From assembly GCA_017654855.1 (NCBI GenBank), contig CM030334.1, forward strand, positions 1 through 64,000: 64,000 nucleotides of DNA, given 5' to 3'. Shown here piece by piece: positions 29,383 through 40,521 of the stretch. Under the pieces are notes generated by a model that searched no databases, was not told where the DNA came from, and saw nothing but the letters and a program-made list of their open reading frames with translations. The position numbers were made by a program, and so were the translations under genes. The stretch is from Podospora anserina. Its lineage: Eukaryota. How positions within the stretch are numbered: the first letter of the stretch is position 1; each line of letters begins with the position of its first letter.

Positions 29383-30771
29383 ATGGCCCCGTGCAAACAT
29401 GCAAACCTGTTGCTCGATGTATCACCAAACGCGACCCAGGCTGGATTCGCGCGCCCACCGGCCGCCAAGAGAAGAGCAGCAGCATCCCTTGCCAGCCGCA
29501 AAGAACCAGGCACGGCTGCTGAAGAAGAAGCCCAAAATCTCGCTGGCACCTTTCCAGGTCCCTTGGTCCTCCCAGATGACCTGCTGTCCGTCTACCCCAA
29601 AGACCCCGACTCTGGGCAGACAGTCAAGGTCTGGCAAAGGTCCAAACACCGCAACCGCCTCAACGCCGGCACCCCCAACACCATCCATGTTGCTGCACCA
29701 CCCTCCTACTCCCCCAAGATGAAGCACATGAGGGAGTGGATCGTCCCCCTCACCGCCACCGAGGGGGAAGAAGACGTCAGCCCGCCGAAACCAAAAGACC
29801 TAACCGATTACCTCTCCGCCTACTACCACCCTCTCCCCGTGACCCAAACCCCCAATCTCACCTGGATCCCTTGGGAAGATGATGATCGCCCACCAAACGC
29901 TACAAAGGACGAAAATAGGTACATCGGCCTCAAGCAAGGCCAGAACATCACCCGGATCCGCACCCGCCCCTGCCCCGACGGCGCCTACGAGCGGCAGCTG
30001 AACCTGAGCGACATTTTGGACGGGCTGCTGCACATGGTCAAGGAGATCCACCCCCGGTACGCGCTTGTGATGATGCTTCATCACGATCTGTACGAGGACG
30101 AGACGGACGATTTCTGCTGCGGGAGGGCGTACGGCGGGAGCAGGGTTTCGGTTGTGACGTCGAGTAGGTATCATCCTGGGCTGGACTGGTACCAGGAGAT
30201 TGAACGGGCGCACATGTGGCCTGCCAGTCACTGTGGGAATTTTGTGAGGAGGAAGTGTGGGATACGGTCTGGAGCGGGGGTGAAGAGGAGGAAGGTGATG
30301 ATGGTTGAGGGAGACGGTGCTGGGGAGGGCAAGGGGGGGGGGACGGCCATGAGGGCGGCCGTGGATGCGTATGTTGCTGCGCCGGCGCCCGAGAAGGACT
30401 TGGCGGGGTTGTGGTTTGGGAGGACGGCGCTGACGGCTTCGCACGAGCTGGGGCATTGTTTTTGTTTGGGGCATTGCAATTATTATGCTTGCGCCATGCA
30501 GGGGACAGCGGGGATCGTGGAGGATGTGAGGCAGCCGCCGTATTTGTGTCCGGTTTGTTTGGAGAAGGTGATTTCGGGGTTCTTGGAGGTGAAGGAGTAT
30601 GCAAACATTGGGAGGGAGAGGTTGATACTACAGAGGTATAAGAAGCTGCATGAGTTTTGCACCGGCAAGACAAGGGCGGGGGTCAAGATGTTTGCGGGTT
30701 ATGGAGCCTGGTTGGGCAAGAGGATCGAGGCGCTCAAAGCCGAGGAGGAGGGGGGCGAGGGGCAGTTGTAG
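29383..30771 (+). CDS. Archaemetzincin-like zinc metallopeptidase (M54)
   Basis: HELGHCFCLGHC..YACAMQG...PYLCPVC: HExxHxxxxxH plus Cys4 motif. Confidence 0.9.
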   Translation: MAPCKHANLLLDVSPNATQAGFARPPAAKRRAAASLASRKEPGTAAEEEAQNLAGTFPGPLVLPDDLLSVYPKDPDSGQTVKVWQRSKHRNRLNAGTPNTIHVAAPPSYSPKMKHMREWIVPLTATEGEEDVSPPKPKDLTDYLSAYYHPLPVTQTPNLTWIPWEDDDRPPNATKDENRYIGLKQGQNITRIRTRPCPDGAYERQLNLSDILDGLLHMVKEIHPRYALVMMLHHDLYEDETDDFCCGRAYGGSRVSVVTSSRYHPGLDWYQEIERAHMWPASHCGNFVRRKCGIRSGAGVKRRKVMMVEGDGAGEGKGGGTAMRAAVDAYVAAPAPEKDLAGLWFGRTALTASHELGHCFCLGHCNYYACAMQGTAGIVEDVRQPPYLCPVCLEKVISGFLEVKEYANIGRERLILQRYKKLHEFCTGKTRAGVKMFAGYGAWLGKRIEALKAEEEGGEGQL

Positions 30772-30870
30772 CCATTGATCTAACAAATGACAGCGAGTAA
30801 TAACTAGACCGAAAGCCTTCTCTGCTGGTTTATAATGAAGGAAAACGTGGGAAGCAACATGTACCGGGCA

Positions 30871-32010
30871 TCAAGGGGTGAGGGCAATGAGCTTCCCAAA
30901 CTGGGTGTTCTTCGAAGCAACCGCCCATGCTTCGTCAATCTCATCCAACTTGAACCTGCCAACAACCTCCACGCCAGTCTCCGGTCCAAGCCTCAGCACG
31001 CCAGACTCGGCCATCCTGACAATCTGTTGGGCGTCAGCTCTGTCATACATGTATTGCCCCTTGATCGTCAAGCTCTTCCATACAATCATGGCATACGTTA
31101 CCGAGAGACTCTCTGGGAGCACGCCCATAAGCGAGGCTCTCCCATAGTTCCTCAAGGCCTTGAAGCAGCTGCCCACATGGGTGCTTCCTGTTGCAGCAGC
31201 CGGACTGATATCAAGGTATGCATCCACCGGCCCCCAGCTTGTCAGCTTCTGCACATCCCCGTCTTCATCCCCAGACATGGGTACAATCTGGATCTTCCCC
31301 CTGGGATACAACCCCTGAATCCGTTTCAGAATCTCCATATTTCTCCCCATGACAATGACCTGCCCGGCCCCCATCGCGACAGCAACCTCTACCGCAGCAC
31401 CGCCAAACTGGCCCGTAGCCGGCGCAACAATCACCCTCTCCCCCGCCCGCAGCCCGATACCCTTCCACCCCCCCAGCACAACAAGCTGCACAGGCAACTG
31501 CAACAGATTCTCGACACTGTACCCCAACCCACCATCCCCCTTTGGCTTACAAAGCCTCTCCTCATCCAACGGCTCGACGTTCTCCAACGGGGCAAGGATA
31601 TACTCGGCATAAGAGCCATTCTTCCAGTTCTTCTCGATCCACTCCCTGCTGGCGGGCACTCCGCCGTCAAAAGTGCCCCAAACAGCTTGGATCTCCTCCG
31701 GGTTGTCTCTCGCCCGGAGAAAGGACTGGATCATGACGAGCTTGCCGACGGGGAGGGAGGTGGTGTCCGGGCCGGGCTGGACCACGCGGCCGATGGCGTA
31801 CCCCCCGCCTAGGATCATGTCGGGGGCAAGGGTGAAACCTACTTTTCCAGAATAGATGTCGTAGACCTTTTGGGAAACTTGGGCGGCGAGGACGCGGATT
31901 AGGACGGAGCCGGGGACCACGGTGGGGACGGGGACGGTGCGGAGGGTGATTTGAGGATCGGGGGAGATGGTGGGGAGGTAAAGGGCGCGCATATGGGTTG
32001 GGAGGGACAT
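30871..32010 (-). CDS. Medium-chain dehydrogenase/reductase (GroES-like ADH family)
   Basis: MSLPTHMRAL start; VPVP..PGSVLIRV; GSYAEY; APATGQFGGAAV Rossmann motif. Confidence 0.88.
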   Translation of the reverse strand: MSLPTHMRALYLPTISPDPQITLRTVPVPTVVPGSVLIRVLAAQVSQKVYDIYSGKVGFTLAPDMILGGGYAIGRVVQPGPDTTSLPVGKLVMIQSFLRARDNPEEIQAVWGTFDGGVPASREWIEKNWKNGSYAEYILAPLENVEPLDEERLCKPKGDGGLGYSVENLLQLPVQLVVLGGWKGIGLRAGERVIVAPATGQFGGAAVEVAVAMGAGQVIVMGRNMEILKRIQGLYPRGKIQIVPMSGDEDGDVQKLTSWGPVDAYLDISPAAATGSTHVGSCFKALRNYGRASLMGVLPESLSVTYAMIVWKSLTIKGQYMYDRADAQQIVRMAESGVLRLGPETGVEVVGRFKLDEIDEAWAVASKNTQFGKLIALTP

Positions 32011-32671
32011 TTTGGTGTTGTGGTTTTGTTTGTACGTATGAGTGACAAAGTCTTGTCTGATGTGTCCAGACTCTTGTTTGTTGGTGAGAGATACCTGCCG
32101 TACCTTGCTCGCAACAACAGTTTCGAGGACCTTCCTTTTATACCTGATCATCCTGCCAGGGTGCTGCCATGTTGTTGTCGTTTTGCCGGCGTGATGGCTT
32201 TCCTTCTGCCGTATTGTGGTTCACCAGTCCCATCCTTCTGTCGTCCATAATCCATAATACCTTACTTAACTTCCGGTGGCTACGACTTACTTGGCTGCCA
32301 ATGACATGTGATTGGCCAAACGGGCGACAAGGCACATCACGGGGTTTGTGTACTTTTGGAATACGCATTGGGGTTAGCGTGGTTCTCTCCGGGCCAATGA
32401 TTGTGGACCGTTGGGTATAGCGGGACTGGACCGATTTCAAATCGGAACAGTCTGGACTTCTGACCTGAAGGCCGTCTTTAATATTGCTTATCTTTCAACA
32501 TCCGCAAACTTGTGTTGGGGTTTGAATACGACTAGAGGGTGATCCTCCCGTTTGCCGCCGAGTATTCCTAAACCTTTTGGGCCAACAACAAAAAACTCTC
32601 CCTCCGGCCTTACCGGCCCCACCTCTCGGGCCAGGATCCGCTAATCTCCACCTTTCTACCACTCTCCGACC

Positions 32672-34147
32672 ATGTCGAGCACCAACATGGCGTCTGTAAA
32701 GAGCAGTGGCATCGTAAAGGCAAAGTCTGGATCGAAAGCAGACACCAGCTTCCGTAAACGTAAAAGCCATACCAAATCCCGTAGCGGGTGCGTCAACTGC
32801 AAACTCCGCCACATCAAGGTATGGTTTTCGTTGCTGTTATCACCCCATTTTCGTTGGTCCTAACCGGAGCAGTGTGACGAATCAAAGCCGATATGCAACA
32901 ACTGCACCAACTTCCGTGTATCGTGCACATATGACCGCACCCTCAAGTCATCCGAGGCACTCGCTCTTCAGCCATGGTCAGAGCAGGTGTTTCCGTTGGT
33001 TAGCGCCAGAGAGACTCATCTAATATATGCATCTCTCGCCAGCTTGTCGCTGAACCGTCAGGTGTTGACCATGCTCAACGACCACATTCGGGAATCCGAT
33101 CCGCAGGCTGTGGAGAATGGCTTTCTGTTCAAGGATCAGCATTTGAGATATCTGAATCAGTTCCATGAGAAGACCATCTTGTCGCTCAAGATGAACCACA
33201 AACTGGATCTGTACCGCAGGGAGAGTGTCAGATTGGCCATTCGGGTATTCTTATCCCCTTAACATGTCACAATGCCTTCAGTGCTAACCAACCAGGAACC
33301 CTTCCTCCTCCACCTCGTCCTCGCCGTAACCCTCATGCACGAACGCCTCGCCGCCTCCCCCCTCACCACCGAGCCCCCTTCCATCCAAGAGCTCTACCAC
33401 CACGCCACCGGCTCCTCCCAGCTCAACCAGCTTCTATCCAGCCACCCCTCCCAACTCAGCCGCGTGCAAAAAGACGCCATGTTCATGGGCACCATCCTCC
33501 TCGCCTGCACCTCCTTCGCCCAGCTCGACGCCTCCCTCCCCCTAGCCTCCCACTGGCCCTTCGTCTCCTCTCCTCACGACCTCGACTGGCTCAAGATCTG
33601 CTCGGGAAAGCGCGTCGTCCAAAAGCTAGCCGATACTCACGCTGCTGATTCCGCGCTGAGGGATATCTCCTACGAGTTTGTCCTTTCCGGTCCCGCCGCG
33701 AGGGTAGAACTCCTTCCCGAGGAAGACGCGATTGCCCGACTGCCGGAGCCGTTGAGGAGGCTGTTGAGGTTGGATCACGCGGGTGTGTCGGCCAAGACGA
33801 ACGCGTATTATGACGCTGGGGTGGTGGTGGGGAGGGTTCTGCCGTTGGAGATAAGCGACGATAACCTGCTTGTGTCTTTGGTGCTGGTAAGTTTTCTGCC
33901 GGTCAGGTTCAGGGAGATGCTGGAGGAAAAGGACGCAAAGGCGCTGCTGTTGTTTGCGTGGTATCATGCCAAGATTGGGCAGTTTGGGAGGTGGTGGGTT
34001 TGGAGGAGGGCGGTGACTGAGGGGAGGGCTATTTTGGCTTATTTGGAGAGGTACTATGGGGGAACGGTGGGTGGGGATGAGGAGCTGTTGGGGTATCCGA
34101 AGAAGTGGTGTGGGATGGAGGTGATGGTGAATGAGGGGATGACTTGA
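32672..34147 (+). CDS. Zn2Cys6 transcription factor (introns 32819-32872, 33245-33295)
   Basis: RKSHTKSRSGCVNCKLRHIK|CDESKPICNNCTNFRVSCTY after splicing; fungal TF C-terminal domain. Confidence 0.92.
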
Positions 34148-34844
34148 TTGGTTGTGCAGTATTTTTGTGCTGTTGGGGAAGAAGGAGGACTGGTTCATGC
34201 TAGAGCTGTATGTAGGTATGCTTCAAGAAGCGCTCTGGAGCACCGCCTTGCCGAACCTATTATCTAGTCATAACACGATGCATAGGTACCTACCTGTCTT
34301 ATCTCGGTAGGTAGGTATATGTGGTTACCACTACTTCTGTTGAAATATGTAGAGATGAGGCAAATTGAGAGTGGTGGATGAATAAGGTGCCTGGTAGGTA
34401 GGTAGGTAGGTACCAGGTAATCTGAAAGCCAAGAGACCATGTCCCCCATGCCAAAGCTTTGGCAGAGATTATCAACAACTTCAAACAACACCCGATTCCC
34501 TGCTGCTTCGAGCTCCCAACATGATGACAGCTTGCCTCAGGGTCAATGTCCGTCATCTTCCCTGGGCGCTGGAGATGTCGACAAAGAAATCCCCCTACCC
34601 TTCGAACCACCAAGACGGTACCCAAGTGTCGCAAAGAGTTGGAAGGAGTGAGCCTGGGGGGTGTGGCAGTGCCCATCTTGGCAAATGAGACACTGCCCTC
34701 AAGGCATCTTGGCATTCGGTCTTAAAAAGTCACGATCACCCCGCAATCAGACACCTATCTGGATGTTGAGACGCAGCTACAGCATCAACAACATTGTTTG
34801 CCGCTCTGAACAGATCAAATCAACCCCGGCCCAGCTCACTCAAG

Positions 34845-35856
34845 ATGTCATTCGCACCCCCACCATACCTCCCGCCCCCACCAAAAGACAATCCTCCCAC
34901 CATCTCCCACGGTGCCCTCCCAACCGAAGAACCTCCAGCCTACTCCCAGCTGGAATCAACAACCCTCGACCCGAACGACCCCATGCCCCCAGCCACCTTT
35001 TCCGTCCACGGCCGCTTCATCTACGCCTCCCCGTCCCCTTCCACACCCCCGAGCTCAGACCCCTCCTACCAAACCGATTACCCCATCCTGACACCCACAC
35101 ACGGTTCTCGAACAGTCGACTTTCAGCGCGTGCAGTACAGGTACCGAGCCTCCAACGCCACCGGCAGGCCCGTCATCTCCCACCGCGGCAAAGACCTCTA
35201 CACCCTGTCCCACCACCTGCCCATCCTGGGGATGCCCTTCCAGGCTATGGCCGTTCCCAAGAGTCGAAAGACGCTTGGGGAGGTGCATATTGCCAAGTCG
35301 CCTGCTTTCCACACGGGGTACCGCGCAAATAGGGTATTGCCTGATCATGAGGTTGCCAGGTTGGAGAGGAAGGGGGAGAAGGTGCCGAGGGAGTATCACT
35401 TTCAGATCAAGGAGGGGGGGGCTGAGAGATGGGTGTGGAAAGATTCGAATGGAAGGGCGGTGGCCTTTCAGTGGAGGGGGCAAAGAAGTGAGTTTGGCGG
35501 TGGTGATGGTCAGCCGGGGAGTAGTCGGGATCCGGATGGGGGGGTTGGTGATGGGGGGGGATGGGGGGTGCCCAAGCTCCAGGTTCTGGTGGAGTTAGAC
35601 AGGAGGACGCTGGATAGTTTGGTGGCGGTGTGGTGTCTCTGGGCGATGCATTTGCATCATGAGGCTACGGCGCCCAAGAAGACCTGGGAAGATCGTATGT
35701 CCTCTTATAAGTCGATCACACTGCTCGAGAGGTGGCCGAGGTGTTTATTCCACTTTTATGGCGCGTGCTAACTATGAGATGGCAGGATTGGCCTTGATGG
35801 CGAGGAAGAGACCTGAGGGTACGCCACAGGGGGGCTTTTATACTATGAAGTTTTAA
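34845..35856 (+). CDS. Hypothetical fungal protein (intron from ~35696)
   Basis: MSFAPPPY start with PY motifs; DSLVAVWCLW; GTATGT..GCTAAC..CAG intron joins to LALMARKR..MKF*. Confidence 0.75.
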
Positions 35857-35999
35857 TGGTTGGATGCATGGAAGCACAGGGGTTGGGTGGAGAAAGATGG
35901 TCGTGGTTGGAAACAAATGATACCCTGGACGATGGATCAAATTGAATGAAGAACCGATGTTGTTCTCTCACATAATGATAGACTTAAGAAGCAGTGTGT

Positions 36000-37331
36000 C
36001 TACTTTGAATCTGCCCCCATGTCGCATAAAAAGCCACTGGCTGCTCTCCCGTTTTCCTCGACAACATCGTAGTTCCAAATCCTCTCAAACTTGGCAGATA
36101 TCTCTTCCCCAAACTTGACCTTGTCGTTGCCGACTCTTTGATCCTGCCACTGAAAAAGATCCACGGCCTCTCGAGTCGCCTGGACAACCCACTGGGTCCT
36201 GTCGAAGCGGGCATCGTTGTATCCTTTCAGTGCAGCCTCCACAGTTGCACGCTCGTCTTTGGCTGATGTAGGACCCGTCCCCAGCATGTCGTTGAGATGG
36301 CTCAATAATGTGGCCAAGAAGTATGCATCTTCTATCCCAAGCCCTCCCCCAGCACCAAGATGAGGGCCAGTGGCATGCGCCGCATCACCAGCAAGGCACA
36401 CCCTTCCTCTGATATAAGTGGACGCTGGGTTCTCAGCCATATCGAAGATTGCCCACTTTTCCATCTCATCCGGGAAGAGCTGAGCAATGTTTCTGGCCGT
36501 CTCATTCCATCCCTGAAGTGCATCAATCACCTCCTTTTTGGACCCCTGACAGGTATGTCTTCCTTGCGCCACCAAACCCTCTGGCCAATCCTTGTTCTTA
36601 TCCGAGATGACAACCAGTACGTTTAAAACGGAGCTGTTTCCCACGGGATATGTGATGATGTGAGAGTCTGGCCCATTGTACATGAACCTCGTCGAGCACT
36701 TGTATTTCCCAATCGCTTGGACAGCCTGGTCCATCGGGACCAACGACCGGTAGCAAAACCTTTGCGAGTATCCCGGGTACGCCGCCTTCACTAGATTCTT
36801 CCCCGTCGATCCCAGCACGTAGTGCCTCACTTGAGATCTGATTCCATCACAACCCACCACCACAGTGGCATTGACCTTACTCCCGTCTTTAAAACTGACC
36901 AGCACCCCATCGTCCGTTTCCCGAATCCCCTCGAGCTCCTTTCCAAACTCGACCGATCCAGAGGGCAGCAGTGATGCCCATGCGCCCAAAATGTCACTCC
37001 TCTTGCACCCTTGAAACCCATCCTTGCCCACGAACTTCTTGTACATCAACTCCCCCTCCTCAGAATGCCCGTTGACCCACTGGAAGTAGTCTTCTCCGTT
37101 GGGGTTTGCCACCCTCTTGAAAGCTTTCAGAACATCTTTGGACAGGTACCCCATCGCCTTTTCAGCATTGGGACTGAAGCCGAGGCCTGCGCCAATGTCC
37201 CGAAACCCAGGAGCGCGCTCGTAAATGGTGAAGGGGACTTTGCGTTCGCGGAGGCCGAGGCCGAGGGTGATGCCGGTTATACCAGCCCCGATGATGGCGA
37301 CGCGGACGTCCTTGGTAGTGGCGCTGGGCAT
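36000..37331 (-). CDS. FAD-dependent monooxygenase (salicylate hydroxylase-like)
   Basis: AIIGAGITG, VGCDGIRS, CLAGDAAHA.GPHLGAGGGLGIEDA. Confidence 0.93.
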   Translation of the reverse strand: MPSATTKDVRVAIIGAGITGITLGLGLRERKVPFTIYERAPGFRDIGAGLGFSPNAEKAMGYLSKDVLKAFKRVANPNGEDYFQWVNGHSEEGELMYKKFVGKDGFQGCKRSDILGAWASLLPSGSVEFGKELEGIRETDDGVLVSFKDGSKVNATVVVGCDGIRSQVRHYVLGSTGKNLVKAAYPGYSQRFCYRSLVPMDQAVQAIGKYKCSTRFMYNGPDSHIITYPVGNSSVLNVLVVISDKNKDWPEGLVAQGRHTCQGSKKEVIDALQGWNETARNIAQLFPDEMEKWAIFDMAENPASTYIRGRVCLAGDAAHATGPHLGAGGGLGIEDAYFLATLLSHLNDMLGTGPTSAKDERATVEAALKGYNDARFDRTQWVVQATREAVDLFQWQDQRVGNDKVKFGEEISAKFERIWNYDVVEENGRAASGFLCDMGADSK

Positions 37332-37730
37332 GTTTGGTTGTTACTGACGGTGTGGCAGATGATTGGGCAAACACAAAGCTTCAAGGTTGACGTCGAGACG
37401 GCTCTTCGGAAGTAAAGCAGATGAGCTCAATAGCCAGATATGGGGAAGGAAGGATGACGAGGCAGGTGGCTAAAAGGTGTTTTCGGCAACGAGGTGGGGA
37501 TATATGTACCGGAGTCCCGATGGAATGCACCTCAGTCAGCCACGCAGCCCGTCGCACCGGACTTTTGGCCGGTGCCCGAGCTGTATCCCTTGCGCAGTAG
37601 GTAGATGGCGTCTTGCGAGTCGTGGACGCTGGAAAGCTCTGAACTTCAAGCAGAAATACACCCCGGTTGTTTGCTGTCTTCCATTCCTTTCCAGGACGAA
37701 GACATTGTCAAGGGTGAAAAAGGTAGCAAG

Positions 37731-38884
37731 ATGACACTGATCAAAGCCTCGCAACAGCCTCAGACGCCGAAAAAGGAAAAGGTTCTCCTTACCGGTAAGC
37801 GTGCTCACTCCTCTTGTTAAGTTTCATGTGGGAGTTGACCATCCAACCAGGCGGCACTGGCTTCGTGGCCTCCCACGTCCTCGACTCCCTGGCAACCAAC
37901 GGCCACCCTGTTGTCGTCACCGTCCGCTCAGAAGAAAAAGGCAACCGGCTCCTCCAATCCCTCTCTCACTTCGGCGCCTCCAACCAAGTCCAATACGCCA
38001 TCGTCCCCGACATCTCCACCAAAAACGCCTTCGATCCCATCCTCCACGACCACCGCTTCACCTACGTAATCCACACCGCATCCCCCTATCAACTCTCCTT
38101 CGCCGACCCCGTCAACGACTGCCTCAACCCTGCCATCAAGGGCACCACCTACCTCCTCGACTCCATCCACCGCCTCTGCCCCTCGGTCACCCGCGTGGTC
38201 ATCACCTCCTCCAGCGCCGCTATCCTCAACCCGCCCAACCACCGCGATGTCTACGATGAGTCCTCCTGGTCAGATGTGAGCTGGGAGCAGGCCATGCAGC
38301 CAGAGCACACCTACCGTGCCAGCAAGAAATTCGCCGAGCAGGCTGCCTGGTCTTTTCTCGAGGAGCACAACCCGCGGTTCACCATCGCGACGATCAACAA
38401 CACCTATACTTTTGGTCCGCTCTCGCGATCGCTGGCGAATTCGGCAAAGTTTAGCTCGGCAGAGGTGAACACCTCCAACCGCCGGATTTGGGATCTGATT
38501 CATGGCAAGTGGCGAAACCCAGATGGATCGGCGTGCATCCCGTCCACGGCGCCGGTGTTTACATTTGTGGACGTGAGGGACGTGGCGGATGCGCACCTGG
38601 CGGCTCTGACGGCGCCGGGACAGAGATATTACACTGTAGGAGGGTTCTTTTCCAACTATCAGATTGCAAGAATCGTGGACGAAGAGTTCAAGGGAGTGCT
38701 GGGGGATGATGTGCTCCCGGATCTGAAAGGGCAAGCAGATGATTTTGAGGAAGACAAGCACTGGAAGTTTGATGTGAGTAGGAGTGAGAAGGAGTTGGGG
38801 ATACGATATAGGGGGTTGAGGGAGAGTGTGAGGGATGCCGTGGTGAGTATGCTGGAGTTTGAAAAGGGGACGGCTTTCAACTAG
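37731..38884 (+). CDS. NADPH-dependent ketoreductase/extended SDR (Gre2-like); intron ~37795-37850
   Basis: KVLLTG|GTGFVASH, HTASP, ITSSSAA, YRASK, FVDVRDVADAH. Confidence 0.92.
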
Positions 38885-40521
38885 GAGTATCTGAGGTGGA
38901 TCCTTTTGTTCATAGAGTTGAACCAGCCTGCTAGTGATAACCAAAGCTGTTTGCCTGTCGATTGTCTTGTTATTCTCTTTCCTTGAGCTTCAACTCAAGA
39001 CATCATCATGTACCTAAAATCAAATGATCTGCCGTTGATTCCAGTGACAGAGAAAAAAGGTGCGATATCAATCCTTTCTCAGCAAGGATCCGCTCCAGGA
39101 TCGGGCGCGGAGTCTAGACACCTTAGGTAGGTACCCTTTGGTTGACAGTTGATCGCGACCAAAGTTGACCACTTGTCATGTCCCTAAAGCCAGAGGCGGT
39201 GCGACCCCCTTTCCTTTTCCTTCGGAAGCTCGAGCATCGGGCATTGGCCCATCGGTAAGCCACTCAGAGCTTGTCTCGATCGTGTCATCTTCACCACGGC
39301 AAAGGGTGGTCGCACAGACAAACAACTGGACGATCTCCGTCAGTTGACTGTTGAGTAATACTGCAGCTGCACACAAACCACCCTAGTGATGATGTTGGTT
39401 CTGACGAGCGGCGAGTCCGAAGAGGATCATGATCGACTTGAATGTCTGGAACATGTCTGTAGAAAGCGATATCAAAACAGGTTGCCTTGCCGCAAAGTTG
39501 GCCATACGGAGCGGCCCAGTTCGCTTCCAGATGACGGTATTCCATGTTTCCCAAGTGGAAGTGGGGGACGGGATGGTGGTGTGCGGTCGAGTGCAGTGCA
39601 CATGCTGCGCCGTAGGCTGGCATCTGCGTGCAAGTGGTAATTAAGATGCGGAGACAAGATGCCAGCTCGGTTGGGCCATTGACGGTACCGCGCCTACCTA
39701 GACAAGGTACCTTGGGCGAACCAAATTGACATCTGGGCGATGGTGAGTGTGGGATATTGTAGCTATCGGATGGTATTATATGTGGGCCTGAGATGAGGAT
39801 GGACGACAAAGAAGCCCTCTGCTGAGAAACGGCCTGCCGATATTGGCATTCGAGGCGCCTCGCCTACGGATAAAGCGAGGGGATGCAAGAACGATGTGAT
39901 GGGGGAAGAACCTGAAACAAGTCTAGCTGGGTGGATATCTCCGACACCTCCCCCGCTGTGCGTTGGAAGGTGGGGGTGGGGACGAGACAGGTCAAAACCA
40001 AACGAGAGAAAACAAAGCCAGGGATTCCGCCAGTTTTGTAAAAACTGTGGCCCTGACCGGACCCAGAGCCGTTGGAAGCTTGTCTTTTGATAACCCCACC
40101 TCGGTTTTATGCCTGCTAGGATAGATGAAGAAGTTGATGCGTACGCATGTCCTTTTCCATCATCAACTAGTTTCCTGTGCCAAAGTTCCTCCTCTGCCTT
40201 GTTCTTGGTTCTCGTCGATGGCCTCAGGGCCAAGCACCTGCGCACCCCCAAGTACGGCGGCACGGACCCTTCGGTGGCACGCAACTTTTCGACGGCGTGC
40301 GCCGCGTGTCAGAGCACCGGGAGGGGGATATATGCTGCATGCGGTTTGGCGAGGTGTCTAGTAGGATCACTTGCGCCTCTCATATAGAAAACCGTCGTCT
40401 GGCCGGTCCACCCTGTACGCCGGAGCACCATCCATTCATTCATTCATCCATCCATCCATCCATCCATCCATCCTCCTACTCCTCCTCCTCCTCCTCCACT
40501 GCCAGATGTCATCGGGTTGTA

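Noticed and set aside
30835..31812. 325-aa antisense ORF, and similar ones opposite the peptidase and BBE oxidase
   Set aside because: Shadow frames of GC3-biased genes
34284..34420. (AGGT)n tract with short inverted flanks; also (CATY)n at ~40428-40472
   Set aside because: Ordinary microsatellites
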